Origin: a virus
Taxonomy: Duplodnaviria; Heunggongvirae; Uroviricota; Caudoviricetes
IMG/VR virus record: IMGVR_UViG_2519103024_000004
Reading direction: 5' to 3' (one strand)
Length of the DNA stretch: 36,031 nt
The notes beneath the pieces were generated by a model. That model searched no databases. It had not been told where the DNA came from and was given only the letters and a program-made list of their open reading frames with translations. The translations under genes and the position numbers were made by a program. Shown piece after piece: positions 1-9,446 of this stretch (its first letter is position 1; every line of letters begins with the position of its first letter).

Positions 1-891
1 ATGAGAGAACACAAATTTATTAGTGAGCTTTTTTTAGAAAATAGTCAATTTATTCTTATTGGTTTAACTGGGAGAACTGGCTCAGGATGTACTACTGCAG
101 CAAATATTTTAGAACAAAAAGAAATATCTTTTCCAGATAGTAACGTCTTGGCTGAGTATTATAAAGGATTGGATTTGCGGCGTTATGAAATAGTAAAAAA
201 TTTTGCAGAGACTCATTGGAAGAACTTCTATTCGATAAAGGTCAGTGATCTCATTTCAATATATTTGCTCCTTTTATCTCCATCGGCCTTAGCTAAATTC
301 ATTCAGTTTTCTGCAAGTAAAATCCCCGATAAAAAAGAAAATTCGATTTCCTTTAAGGCAGCCAAGAAACTGGTTGTTAATGGTGTGTTCGCTAAAAGTT
401 TGTTGAAGATAAAATATCTTAAGGTGATAAAAAATCTTCTTAATCATGATGATGAGATTGACTTTAAAGGCAGGGGGAAAGATACCTTTATTAGGATATT
501 AACTCTTACTCGAAAATTTACACGGGATTTTAAAAGGGAATTAAATGAACTAGAGCCAGGTTTATATATTGAGCTATATCAGTCAGCAGGAAAGTCAATT
601 AGAAGAATAGGGAAGGTTGATGTAGATTATGAAAATCAAGACTTTATTCCAAAGGCTGTTTTTCATTTGCCTGAAACAATTAATCGTGTTATTAAAATAA
701 TTAGAAAAGTAAAGAATAATAAAGCGTATATAGTCATTGATGCGATACGTAACCCGTATGAAGCTAAATTCTTCAAAGATAGATATGCTGCATTCCATCT
801 GGTTTCTATAAATGCACCAGATGAACATCGAACCAGATATTTAAAGAAATTACATAAGTTCTCAGAGGAACAGATAAAAAAAATTAAATGA
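1..891 (+). CDS. P-loop NTPase / nucleotide-kinase-like protein; possible N-terminal half of a kinase-deaminase fusion
   Basis: 296-aa ORF starting at window base 1; Walker-A-like GLTGRTGSGCTT near the N-terminus; AT-rich; ends at TGA 889-891 just after an A8 run (876-883); frame 2 is open from 878 into the downstream deaminase ORF. Confidence 0.5.
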   Translation: MREHKFISELFLENSQFILIGLTGRTGSGCTTAANILEQKEISFPDSNVLAEYYKGLDLRRYEIVKNFAETHWKNFYSIKVSDLISIYLLLLSPSALAKFIQFSASKIPDKKENSISFKAAKKLVVNGVFAKSLLKIKYLKVIKNLLNHDDEIDFKGRGKDTFIRILTLTRKFTRDFKRELNELEPGLYIELYQSAGKSIRRIGKVDVDYENQDFIPKAVFHLPETINRVIKIIRKVKNNKAYIVIDAIRNPYEAKFFKDRYAAFHLVSINAPDEHRTRYLKKLHKFSEEQIKKIK

Positions 892-1048
892 TGAAGAATC
901 TGGTAAAGGAGATGGCGAGTATAATCATCTTACTAATCCTAATGTAAAAAAATGCATTGAAATTTCAGATATACATTTTTTTAACCCTAAAAAAGAATTT
1001 GATAATAATAATTTTCTCAAAGCACAAATTGCGTGGTATGTATCATTA

Positions 1049-1759
1049 ATGCAACACCCTGGATTAATATCTCCTACCGCCATGGAAAGGGTTATGCAAG
1101 TTGCATATACTGTAAAACTAAATTCTGGATGTATATCTAGGCAAGTAGGGGCGGTTGTGACAGATAATGATAACTCTATCAAGTCAGTTGGTTGGAACGA
1201 TGTAGCAAAAGGTCAAGTTCCTTGTTCTATGAGGTCATTTGATGGGTTATTGCATGATTTTGATGAGGGAACATATAGCCTGTACGAACGAAGTAATACA
1301 AAATTTAGGAGTAAAGTTAAAGAAAATTTAATAAAAATAAGGGCGAGTGATTCAAGTTCTACTGTTTTTAAAGGACTTAATTTGCCATATTGTTTTAAAG
1401 ATATTCACAACAGCCTTGATGATGAAAAGAAAGGGAATCAAGTGCATACCCGTGCATTGCACGCAGAGGAGAATGCTTTTTTGCAATTGGCCAAATATGG
1501 TGGGGTCGGTATTAATGGAGGGAAACTATATACTACAGCTAGCCCTTGTGAACTTTGTGCTAAAAAAGCTTATCAGTTAGGTATGACAGAGATTATTTTT
1601 ATCGATCCATATCCTGGTATAGCGCAAGAACATATTATTAATATCGGTAGCTTTTCCCCTAAACTTATTCAATTTAGGGGTGCAATTGGAAAATCCTACC
1701 ATAGACTTTATGAGCAAGTTATACCTATGAAGGATGAATTGGATTACTTGATGAAATAG
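1049..1759 (+). CDS. cytidine/deoxycytidylate deaminase-family zinc-binding protein
   Basis: 236-aa ORF with HAEENA (H-A-E) and SPCELCAKK (PCxxC) motifs typical of CMP/dCMP deaminases; same frame is open upstream to 878, so the annotated Met may not be the true N-terminus. Confidence 0.6.
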   Translation: MQHPGLISPTAMERVMQVAYTVKLNSGCISRQVGAVVTDNDNSIKSVGWNDVAKGQVPCSMRSFDGLLHDFDEGTYSLYERSNTKFRSKVKENLIKIRASDSSSTVFKGLNLPYCFKDIHNSLDDEKKGNQVHTRALHAEENAFLQLAKYGGVGINGGKLYTTASPCELCAKKAYQLGMTEIIFIDPYPGIAQEHIINIGSFSPKLIQFRGAIGKSYHRLYEQVIPMKDELDYLMK

Positions 1760-1772
1760 AATTTTGGCTGTT

Positions 1773-2786
1773 TTATATCAAGTTTAATGGGTTCTTAGTA
1801 ACGGCATCTTCAAGATGATCTGGTGAGAAATGTGAGTAAACCATGGTCATCTTGATATCCGAATGTCCCAAAATATCCCTTAGCACAAGTATGTTCCCGC
1901 CATTCATCATAAAGTGGCTAGCAAACGTATGTCGCAGCACGTGGGTGCATTGGCCATCCGGTAGATCTATACCTGCCCGTTTTACTGCTCGTTCAAAGGC
2001 TTTTCTACATGGTGAGAATAACTTCCCTCTGTTCTTTGGGAGTTCGTCATACAGCTCCTGTGATATGGGTACTGTTCTGTTTTTCTTGCCTTTTGTTTTT
2101 GTATAAGTAATTCGGTATTTCGATATTTGGTGGCCCTGCAGATTTTCGGCTTCACTCCACCGTGCGCCAGTAGCTAGGCATATTTTTGCAATCATTAGTA
2201 AGCTAGGGTTTTGAGATTCAGCACATGCCGCCAACAGGCGCTTGATTTCGTCCGTGGAAAGAAAAGCCAGCTCACCTTCGGCAATTTTGAAGGTCGGAAG
2301 TCCTGCCAGCGGGTTTGGTGCTGACCAGTGTCCTAGTTTTTTTAATGTACCGAACACAGATGATAGATTGCGCTGTTCAAGGTTTACCGTACGGGGCTTT
2401 ACGGGCGACATAAGTGTGCCATCTTCATTTCGTATTTCACCTTTTAACCGTGCTTCGCGGTATTTTGTAAAGTCACCAGCTGTCAGTTCTGAGGCGATGG
2501 GATCGCCTAGACCATTACAGATAATTCTAAGTTTCGCCATGAGGCGCTTGGGGTCTGCGAGTGTTTGACCATACAGGGAATACCAAAGCTCAATTAATTC
2601 TGATAGGCGTCGCCGATCATCCTTTTCACCCAACCACGGTTTTTTATTCACTTCTTCCATTGTGAAGCTTTCAAACGCAATGGCTTCGCCTTTCGTAGCA
2701 AATTGCTTACGCACGCGCTTGCCATTGCGTCCATTGGGATAGCACTCACACAACCATTTTCCGTTCGGCTGTTTTCTGATGGTCAT
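1773..2786 (-). CDS. int: tyrosine integrase (P2-family site-specific recombinase)
   Basis: 337-aa ORF with C-terminal HVLRHTFASH (HxxR) and MTMVYSH (Tyr) motifs; sits downstream of the repressor on the same strand as in P2 C-int. Confidence 0.9.
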   Translation of the reverse strand: MTIRKQPNGKWLCECYPNGRNGKRVRKQFATKGEAIAFESFTMEEVNKKPWLGEKDDRRRLSELIELWYSLYGQTLADPKRLMAKLRIICNGLGDPIASELTAGDFTKYREARLKGEIRNEDGTLMSPVKPRTVNLEQRNLSSVFGTLKKLGHWSAPNPLAGLPTFKIAEGELAFLSTDEIKRLLAACAESQNPSLLMIAKICLATGARWSEAENLQGHQISKYRITYTKTKGKKNRTVPISQELYDELPKNRGKLFSPCRKAFERAVKRAGIDLPDGQCTHVLRHTFASHFMMNGGNILVLRDILGHSDIKMTMVYSHFSPDHLEDAVTKNPLNLI

Positions 2787-2787
2787 A

Positions 2788-3153
2788 TCAAAGGCTCTTA
2801 ATGATTTTCAGTGCGCGGCCTACTACCTCAATGTCATCCAGACCGCACTCAAACGATGAATCATCCTGATGCACTACTAATTTGTTTCCCGGGAGCCGAG
2901 TCAATTTAACAATGCTTTTTATCCCGTCGATATCGACTAACCACATACCATTTACTGGTGGTGTTTGGTTGCGATCTATTAAATAAGAATCACCAGAAGT
3001 AGTCACCAGCAGTAGGTTGCTTGAGTCTGAGGGGAGTATGCTGCTATCAATGATTGCTTTTCCAGCATCGACCAATAAACCACCGTTGAGAGTCGCCTTG
3101 TCAATTTCAGGAGATACTAGTTCAGAAAGAGGTACAACCTTGCTGGAGTTCAC
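2788..3153 (-). CDS. S24/LexA-like autoproteolytic C-terminal domain of a CI-type repressor, separated from the HTH ORF by an apparent frameshift
   Basis: 121-aa ORF with GTG start; TSGDSY (Ser nucleophile context) and VKLTRLPGNK...SSFE resemble the LexA/lambda-CI S24 domain; its frame opens within an A7 run (minus strand, plus 3164-3170) where the HTH ORF ends. Confidence 0.55.
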   Translation of the reverse strand: MNSSKVVPLSELVSPEIDKATLNGGLLVDAGKAIIDSSILPSDSSNLLLVTTSGDSYLIDRNQTPPVNGMWLVDIDGIKSIVKLTRLPGNKLVVHQDDSSFECGLDDIEVVGRALKIIKSL

Positions 3154-3419
3154 GGAATTGATATTTTTTTAGGTTTAATGTTTGGACCTGGCTCTCCCTG
3201 TCCGGTGGTTAGCCACAGTAAAGAAACTCCTGTTTCCAAGGCGCACTGAATCACCCACTCTGCAGGAAAACTATCTCTTAAGTATCTGTTTGCCATGGTG
3301 CTTTTTGATGCGCCTAAGTGATCGCAAAGTTGCTGTCTGGACTTGAAATCATAGGCTGCCATTAGTCTATGGATAGCCTCTCTTCCCCCTGTATTCTCTC
3401 CAGCCTTTACCTGTATCAT
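3150..3419 (-). CDS. HTH DNA-binding N-terminal part of CI-type prophage repressor
   Basis: 89-aa ORF at the P2 C / 186 cI position, divergent from the early operon; Q-rich helix-turn-helix-like segment (SRQQLCDHLGASKSTMANR); AGGA ribosome-binding site upstream. Confidence 0.6.
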   Translation of the reverse strand: MIQVKAGENTGGREAIHRLMAAYDFKSRQQLCDHLGASKSTMANRYLRDSFPAEWVIQCALETGVSLLWLTTGQGEPGPNIKPKKISIP

Positions 3420-3431
3420 TTTTTAATCCTG

Positions 3432-3483
3432 TTGACGTATCAAATATTGGATCGTAGTATCTCGATGTATCAAATATTGAATC
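3432..3483. promoter_or_regulatory. lysis-lysogeny switch region: promoter-like TTGACG-N17-TAGTAT with two operator-like repeats
   Basis: TTGACG at 3432-3437 and TAGTAT at 3455-3460 (17-nt spacer) face the apl-like gene; near-palindromic GTATCAAATATTG(G/A)ATC occurs at 3437-3453 and 3467-3483. Confidence 0.4.
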
Positions 3484-3538
3484 AAGTAAAACGAGATAAA
3501 ACGACGTAAACCAAACCTTAATCGGGAGATACTGCACT

Positions 3539-3781
3539 ATGAGCACTGATATTTCAATTCGTGTACCAAAAGAGATGGCTACGCCTGCAGAGTTCGCGGA
3601 ATGGGAAGGTATCTCCCGCGGCTCCGTGTATCAAAAAATTCACCATGGTCAGCTTGCTAAATACATGGTCAAGAAAGAAAAAAACAAAGGCCGCGTAAGT
3701 CTGCGTTATTTAATGTACAAAACCGATCAGGTCCGTGAATCCCTCGGTCATTCCAACTTCCGCGTCATTGTTGGTAAGTGA
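3539..3781 (+). CDS. Apl/Cox-like excisionase/transcriptional regulator
   Basis: 80-aa basic ORF, first gene of the rightward early operon opposite the repressor; GGGAG ribosome-binding site. Confidence 0.55.
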   Translation: MSTDISIRVPKEMATPAEFAEWEGISRGSVYQKIHHGQLAKYMVKKEKNKGRVSLRYLMYKTDQVRESLGHSNFRVIVGK

Positions 3782-3813
3782 GTTCAATTATGAGAACTTT
3801 CTAAGGGGATAGC

Positions 3814-4323
3814 ATGTTTGATTATAAGATTTCCAAACACCCGCATTTTGATGAAGCCTGTAGAGCTTTTGCACTTCGTCACAATATGGCGAAGCTGGCA
3901 GAACGTGCAGGAATGAATGTCCAGACTCTGCGAAACAAACTCAACCCAGATCAACCGCATCAGCTCAATGCGCCAGAAATCTGGCTGCTTACCGATCTGA
4001 CTGAAGATTCAACGCTGATAGATGGTTTTCTGGCACAGATTCACTGCCTGCCATGTGTACCGATTAATGAGGTAGCAAAAGAGAAACTGCCGCATTACGT
4101 CATGAGTGCAACCGCAGAGATCGGGCGTGTTGCTGCAGGTGCGGTATCTGGCGATGTAAAAACCAGTGCAGGTCGTCGTGATGCTATCAGCAGCATTAAC
4201 TCTGTAACACGACTGATGGCGCTGGCTGCTGTTTCACTGCAGGCCCGTTTACAGGCTAACCCTGCGATGGCGAGTGCAGTTGATACCGTGACTGGCCTCG
4301 GTGCTTCATTCGGTTTGCTGTGA
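3814..4323 (+). CDS. CII-like lysogeny-establishment regulator (phage 186 CII-like)
   Basis: 169-aa ORF directly after the apl-like gene; size and position match 186 cII; AAGGGGA ribosome-binding site. Confidence 0.55.
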   Translation: MFDYKISKHPHFDEACRAFALRHNMAKLAERAGMNVQTLRNKLNPDQPHQLNAPEIWLLTDLTEDSTLIDGFLAQIHCLPCVPINEVAKEKLPHYVMSATAEIGRVAAGAVSGDVKTSAGRRDAISSINSVTRLMALAAVSLQARLQANPAMASAVDTVTGLGASFGLL

Positions 4324-4330
4324 GGTGCTT

Positions 4331-4531
4331 ATGCTTACGAAAGAACCATCATTTGCATCGCTGCTGGTTAAACAAAGCCCGGCAATGCACTACGGTCACG
4401 GCTGGATCATGGGTGAGGATGGTAAACGCTGGCATCCGTGCCGTTCACAAGATGAATTGCTGGCAGAACTATCTACGAAAAAACGGGGGAACAAATGGCT
4501 ATTGAAGGCGCTGCGGCGACTGTTCCATTAA
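4331..4531 (+). CDS. hypothetical early protein
   Basis: ATG at 4331 preceded by GAGGTG; 66 aa; in the early operon. Confidence 0.4.
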   Translation: MLTKEPSFASLLVKQSPAMHYGHGWIMGEDGKRWHPCRSQDELLAELSTKKRGNKWLLKALRRLFH

Positions 4532-4836
4532 GCCCCGGTGAACGCCTGAATGGACTTAATCATATTGCGGAGTTAAGGGCGAAAGTTTTTGGTCTTAATA
4601 TTGAGTCAGAGCTTGAACGGTTTATTAAAGATATGCGTGATCCACGGGATATTAATAGCGAACAAAATAAACGGGCACTGGCTGCCATATTCTTTATGGC
4701 AAAAATTCCAGCTGAACGTCATAGCATCAGCATTAATGAGCTGACCACTGACGAAAAGCGGGAGTTGATTAAAGCAATGAATCATTTTCGTGCAGTGGTG
4801 AGCTTATTTCCCAGACGGCTAACCATGCCGAATTAA
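4495..4836 (+). CDS. hypothetical early protein
   Basis: 113-aa ORF with GGGGGA ribosome-binding site; in the early operon. Confidence 0.45.
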   Translation: MAIEGAAATVPLSPGERLNGLNHIAELRAKVFGLNIESELERFIKDMRDPRDINSEQNKRALAAIFFMAKIPAERHSISINELTTDEKRELIKAMNHFRAVVSLFPRRLTMPN

Positions 4837-4903
4837 CCAACTAATGAAATTAATGGCGTAAACCCGCCGGGCATCCCTTTATCTAAATTCAGGAGTATTG
4901 ATT

Positions 4904-5137
4904 ATGCGTAATATTGAAACCCTCACGACTAAAACCGGACCGGATGACGCAGGGCTAAATATTTTACTGACAGAGGCTCGTCTGGAAGAACGCCGGGCAA
5001 GGGCTGAAGCAATGGCTGCCCGCCTTGATAGTCTTGCGTGTCATATCACATCCCGCCAGCTAAACCACGTCGAAGCGGCAGAACTGCTGCGTGTGACCGC
5101 TGAAGCAATCCAGAACGAAGCGCAGGAGATCCACTAA
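4904..5137 (+). CDS. hypothetical early protein
   Basis: ATG at 4904 preceded by AGGAG (4891-4895); 77 aa, Ala/Arg/Glu-rich helical. Confidence 0.45.
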   Translation: MRNIETLTTKTGPDDAGLNILLTEARLEERRARAEAMAARLDSLACHITSRQLNHVEAAELLRVTAEAIQNEAQEIH

Positions 5138-5364
5138 TGGCTGATGCAATGGATCTCGTACAGCAGCGCGTTGAAGAAGAACGCCAGCGCCATATTCGTG
5201 CTGCCCGTGCCAAAACACCGGGCGTGTCTCGCGTGCTTTGCATTGAATGTGAAGTGCCAATTCCGCCAGCACGCCGCCGCGCCATTCCTGGAGTGCAGCT
5301 TTGCATTACCTGTCAGGAAATCGCAGAGCTGAAAGGCAAACATTACAACGGAGGTGCTGTATGA
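5137..5364 (+). CDS. TraR/DksA-family C4 zinc-finger protein
   Basis: 75-aa ORF with CIECEVPI...CITCQ (CxxC-N17-CxxC) motif. Confidence 0.6.
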   Translation: MADAMDLVQQRVEEERQRHIRAARAKTPGVSRVLCIECEVPIPPARRRAIPGVQLCITCQEIAELKGKHYNGGAV

Positions 5365-6218
5365 GCACCATCCTGAAATGGGCGGGAAATAAAACCGCAA
5401 TTATGTCCGAACTGAAAAAACACCTTCCTGCTGGCCCGCGACTGGTTGAACCTTTCGCGGGTTCCTGTGCAGTGATGATGGAGACGGAGTACCCCAGCTA
5501 TCTTGTTGCGGATATTAATCCTGATTTAATCAACCTCTATAAAAAGGTTGCTGCTGATTGTGAATCGTTTATATCTCGCGCCAGAGTTTTATTTGAGATC
5601 GCAAACAGGGAGGTGGCTTATTACAACATAAGGCAGGAGTTTAATTACTCAACTGAAATTACTGATTTCATGAAAGCGGTATATTTCCTGTATCTCAATC
5701 GTCACGGTTACCGTGGTTTATGTCGCTATAACAAGAGCGGGCATTTCAACATTCCCTACGGTAATTATAAAAATCCGTATTTCCCTGAAAAAGAAATTCG
5801 CGCATTTGCAGAAAAAGCCCAGCGGGCAACGTTTATCTGCGCCAGCTTTGATGAAACGCTGGCGATGTTGAAGGCGGGGGATGTGGTGTATTGCGATCCG
5901 CCGTATGACGGTACGTTTTCCGGTTATCACACTGACGGTTTCACTGAAGATGACCAGTATCACCTTGCATCCGTTCTTGAACATCGGTCATCAGAAGGAC
6001 ATCCGGTCATTGTTTCTAACAGTGACACATCCCTGATCCGTTCGCTGTATCGCAATTTTACTCACCACTATATCAAGGTAAAACGCCGCATCGGTGTGGC
6101 AGCTGGCGAGGGTAAATCAGCAACAGAAATCATTGCTGTTTCCGGGCCGCGCTGCTGGGTGGGATTTGATTATTCGCGTGGCGTGGATAGTTCTGCCGTG
6201 TACGGAGTACGTGCATGA
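5361..6218 (+). CDS. DNA N6-adenine methyltransferase (Dam-like, orphan)
   Basis: EPFAGSCAV (SAM-binding FxGxG-like) and CDPPYDGTF (DPPY) motifs; ATG at 5361 with GGAGGTG ribosome-binding site; no cognate restriction endonuclease adjacent. Confidence 0.85.
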   Translation: MSTILKWAGNKTAIMSELKKHLPAGPRLVEPFAGSCAVMMETEYPSYLVADINPDLINLYKKVAADCESFISRARVLFEIANREVAYYNIRQEFNYSTEITDFMKAVYFLYLNRHGYRGLCRYNKSGHFNIPYGNYKNPYFPEKEIRAFAEKAQRATFICASFDETLAMLKAGDVVYCDPPYDGTFSGYHTDGFTEDDQYHLASVLEHRSSEGHPVIVSNSDTSLIRSLYRNFTHHYIKVKRRIGVAAGEGKSATEIIAVSGPRCWVGFDYSRGVDSSAVYGVRA

Positions 6219-8629
6219 GTCATGCCGATATGAACAACTGCAGCGGCGTTAACGAGGTCGCCGCAGCATTCTCATGGAACAGCCCGAAAAAGGCTATTAA
6301 CCCTTATCTGGACCCGGCGGAAGTTGCGCCGGTTTCTGCGCTTTCAAACCTGATCACTCTGTACGCTACCGATAACGAGCAGGAACAGCTGCGCCGCGAG
6401 GCACTGAGTGATCAGGTCTGGGAGCGTTATTTCTTTAATGAATCCCGTGATCCTGTCCAACGCGAAATGGAGCAGGATAAGCTTATTAGCCGGGCAAAGC
6501 TGGCGCATGAGCAGCAGCGTTTTAATCCAGACATGGTCATTCTGGCGGACGTTAACGCCCAGCCTTCCCATATCAGCAAGCCGCTGATGCAACGTATTGA
6601 ATACTTCAGCAGACTGGGCAGGCCAAAGGCTTATTCCCGCTATTTGCGTAAGACGATTAAGCCATGTCTGGAACGGCTGGAGCATGTACGCGACAGTCAG
6701 CTATCCACTTCTTTTCGCTTTATGGCAAGCCATGAAGGGCTGGACGGCCTGCTGATTCTGCCTGAAATGAGTCAGGATCAGGTAAAACGCCTGTCCACCC
6801 TGGTAGCTGCGCATATGAGCATGTGCCTTGATGCCGCTTGTGGCGATTTGTATGCCACCGATGATGTTAAGCCAGAAGAAATCCGCAAGACATGGGAAAA
6901 GGTAGCAGCGGAAACCCTGCGACTGGATGTCATACCGCCTGCGTTTGAGCAACTTCGTCGGAAAAGAAACCGCCGCAAACCCGTGCCCTATGAACTCATT
7001 CCGGGTTCGCTGGCGCGTATGTTGTGCGCCGACTGGTGGTATCGGAAATTATGGAAGATGCGTTGCGAATGGCGGGAAGAGCAGTTGCGTGCTGTCTGCC
7101 TGGTCAGCAAAAAAGCATCTCCCTATGTTAGCTATGAAGCCGTGATGCATAAACGTGAGCAGCGCCGCAAGTCACTGGAGTTTTTCCGTTCTCATGAACT
7201 GGTGAACGAAGACGGCGACACGCTGGACATGGAGGATGTGGTAAACGCCAGCAGCAGCAACCCTGCGCATCGCCGCAATGAGATGATGGCCTGTGTTAAA
7301 GGTCTGGAGCTTATCGCGGAAATGCGCGGTGACTGCGCCGTTTTCTACACCATCACCTGTCCGTCACGTTTCCATTCCACGCTAAATAACGGCAGGCCCA
7401 ACCCGACCTGGACAAATGCGACGGTAAGACAAAGCAGCGATTATCTGGTCGGCATGTTTGCTGCATTTCGTAAGGCTATGCATAAAGCCGGGTTGCGCTG
7501 GTATGGCGTGCGGGTGGCTGAGCCTCATCATGACGGCACCGTTCACTGGCACCTATTGTGTTTCATGCGCAAAAAAGACCGCCGCGCCATCACTGCATTA
7601 CTGCGTAAGTTTGCCATCCGTGAAGACCGCGAGGAGCTGGGCAATAACACGGAGCCACGCTTTAAGTCTGAGCCGATAAACCCGCGCAAAGGAACGCCGA
7701 CAAGCTACATCGCGAAATACATCAGTAAGAACATTGACGGGCGTGGTCTGGCTGGCGAGATCAGTAAGGAAACGGGTAAATCCTTGCGTGATAACGCTGA
7801 ATACGTTAATGCCTGGGCGTCTCTGCATCGTGTACAGCAATTCCGCTTCTTTGGTATTCCGGGACGTCAGGCTTACCGTGAACTTCGCTTGCTGGCTGGT
7901 CAGGTGGCAAGGCAACAGGGTGACAAAAAAGCAGGTGCGCCGGTACTGGATAACCCGCGTCTTGATGCCATTCTGGCTGCTGCTGATGCTGGTTGTTTTG
8001 CTACCTACATCATGAAGCAGGGCGGCGTACTGGTTCCCCGTAAATATCACCTCATCAGAACCGCTTATGAAATCAACGAAGAGCCGACCGCCTATGGCGA
8101 TCACGGTATTCGTATTTATGGCATCTGGTCACCCATTGCAGAGGGCAAGATCTGCACTCATGCAGTGAAGTGGAAAATGGTTCGTAAAGCCGTTGACGTT
8201 CAGGAGGCGGCAGCCGACCAGGGCGCTTGCGCCCCTTGGACTCGTGGCAATAACTGTCCCCTTGCTGAAAATTTGAACCAACAGGAGAAAGATAAATCAG
8301 CTGATGGGGACCCCAGAACGGACATTACCAGCATGGATGACAAGGAGTTGCACGATTACCTGCACAGTATGAGCAAAAAAGAGCGCCGGGAACTGGCAGC
8401 AAGGTTACGCCTGGTGAAACCGAAACGGCGTAAAGACTACAAACAGCGAATTACAGACCATCAGCGACTGCAGCTCGTGTATGAGCTGAAGTCCAGAGGA
8501 TTTGATGGCAGCGAGAAAGAGGTCGATTTACTCCTTCGCGGAGGCAGTATTCCGTCAGGAGCAGGCCTGCGTATCTTCTATCGGAACCAGCGTTTGCAGG
8601 AAGATGATCAGTGGCGGAACCTGTATTAA
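6215..8629 (+). CDS. A: rolling-circle replication initiation endonuclease (P2 gpA-like)
   Basis: 804-aa ORF at the conserved position; HWHLL (HUH-type) and YIAKYISK (catalytic Tyr) motifs; start overlaps the Dam stop. Confidence 0.85.
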   Translation: MSHADMNNCSGVNEVAAAFSWNSPKKAINPYLDPAEVAPVSALSNLITLYATDNEQEQLRREALSDQVWERYFFNESRDPVQREMEQDKLISRAKLAHEQQRFNPDMVILADVNAQPSHISKPLMQRIEYFSRLGRPKAYSRYLRKTIKPCLERLEHVRDSQLSTSFRFMASHEGLDGLLILPEMSQDQVKRLSTLVAAHMSMCLDAACGDLYATDDVKPEEIRKTWEKVAAETLRLDVIPPAFEQLRRKRNRRKPVPYELIPGSLARMLCADWWYRKLWKMRCEWREEQLRAVCLVSKKASPYVSYEAVMHKREQRRKSLEFFRSHELVNEDGDTLDMEDVVNASSSNPAHRRNEMMACVKGLELIAEMRGDCAVFYTITCPSRFHSTLNNGRPNPTWTNATVRQSSDYLVGMFAAFRKAMHKAGLRWYGVRVAEPHHDGTVHWHLLCFMRKKDRRAITALLRKFAIREDREELGNNTEPRFKSEPINPRKGTPTSYIAKYISKNIDGRGLAGEISKETGKSLRDNAEYVNAWASLHRVQQFRFFGIPGRQAYRELRLLAGQVARQQGDKKAGAPVLDNPRLDAILAAADAGCFATYIMKQGGVLVPRKYHLIRTAYEINEEPTAYGDHGIRIYGIWSPIAEGKICTHAVKWKMVRKAVDVQEAAADQGACAPWTRGNNCPLAENLNQQEKDKSADGDPRTDITSMDDKELHDYLHSMSKKERRELAARLRLVKPKRRKDYKQRITDHQRLQLVYELKSRGFDGSEKEVDLLLRGGSIPSGAGLRIFYRNQRLQEDDQWRNLY

Positions 8630-8720
8630 TTACGCGGATTAACAATTCGTGCTCTTAATAATACCAGGCATATCAGGCTGATGAACGTAAAAAACGTTTT
8701 ACATCAGTAAGATTATTATA

Positions 8721-8740
8721 TACTGTAAATATAAACAGTG
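8721..8740. promoter_or_regulatory. LexA (SOS) box
   Basis: TACTGTAAATATAAACAGTG matches the CTGT-N8-ACAG SOS-box consensus; lies about 40-60 bp upstream of the small ORF and DinI-like gene. Confidence 0.55.
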
Positions 8741-8781
8741 GTTATGCATACAGTATTGCGTGTGGTGTCATAGGAGGAAAG

Positions 8782-8970
8782 ATGCAGGACTATTTTTTGG
8801 AGTCTTTGAAGCTCCAGCGCATTGATTTTTTTCTTAAGCTTGTAGCGGCTAGTGAGTGTAGTGATGAAGAGAAGGGGCTGGCTCTGCAGTGGGTTTCTGA
8901 ATTGACTGATGAACTCATGGCAAAAATCAGAACCCACGAATACAACCGCTCAATGGATGTCATCAGCTGA
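8782..8970 (+). CDS. small acidic protein, first gene of the SOS-controlled module
   Basis: 62-aa ORF with AGGAGG ribosome-binding site immediately upstream and a LexA box in the promoter region. Confidence 0.4.
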   Translation: MQDYFLESLKLQRIDFFLKLVAASECSDEEKGLALQWVSELTDELMAKIRTHEYNRSMDVIS

Positions 8971-8980
8971 GGTGACTTTT

Positions 8981-9214
8981 ATGCGCATTGAAATAATGAT
9001 CGATAAAGAGCAGAAGATTAGCCAGTCTACCCTGGACGCCCTTGAATCCGAGCTTTACCGCAATCTGCGCCCCCTGTATCCCAAAACGGTAATTCGCATT
9101 CGCAAAGGTAGCTCTAACGGTGTGGAACTAACCGGACTGCAACTGGACGAAGAAAGAAAACAAGTGATGAAAATTATGCAGAAGGTGTGGGAAGACGACA
9201 GCTGGCTGCATTAA
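8981..9214 (+). CDS. DinI-family protein (phage 186 Tum-like antirepressor candidate)
   Basis: ATG at 8981 with GAGGTGA ribosome-binding site; 77 aa ending ...VWEDDSWLH, characteristic of the DinI family; downstream of the LexA box. Confidence 0.6.
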   Translation: MRIEIMIDKEQKISQSTLDALESELYRNLRPLYPKTVIRIRKGSSNGVELTGLQLDEERKQVMKIMQKVWEDDSWLH

Positions 9215-9348
9215 GAAACGTTGCTGGCGTCTGAACTTGCTTCTGGCGTCAGCAAGGTTGAACAACGAGCCCTTGCGAGGCGTTAGCTCTGTAGTGCATG
9301 TCTATGCCGCATGAGATCGCATGATCGTTTGAGGATCGTTTTTGCTAA

Positions 9349-9374
9349 GGCCCGCCAGAACTGGCGGGCTTTTG
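9349..9374 (+). terminator. rho-independent terminator candidate after the DinI-like gene
   Basis: GCCCGCCAG / CTGGCGGGC 9-bp stem followed by TTTTG. Confidence 0.45.
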
Positions 9375-9410
9375 CGTAGATCATGCAGGTGCATGAAAAC
9401 CACTACATAA

Positions 9411-9446
9411 AGCGGGCAGGCGTGGCGGGGATACGAGCGCGCACTC
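9411..9446. other. candidate cos (cohesive end) region
   Basis: GGCGTGGCGGGGA... resembles the start of the P2/186 cohesive-end sequence as I recall it; lies in the A-to-Q intergenic region where P2 cos sits; partial match only. Confidence 0.25.

Noticed and set aside
595-1182. Minus-strand ORFs 595-828 and 925-1182 in the kinase/deaminase region
   Set aside because: They overlap the plus-strand ORFs that carry recognisable motifs, and are AT-rich antisense frames with no start signals
1760-1772. Possible attL between the deaminase ORF and the integrase stop
   Set aside because: Only 13 bp separate the two stops and there is no similarity to the ssrA 3' end; attL is more likely outside the window
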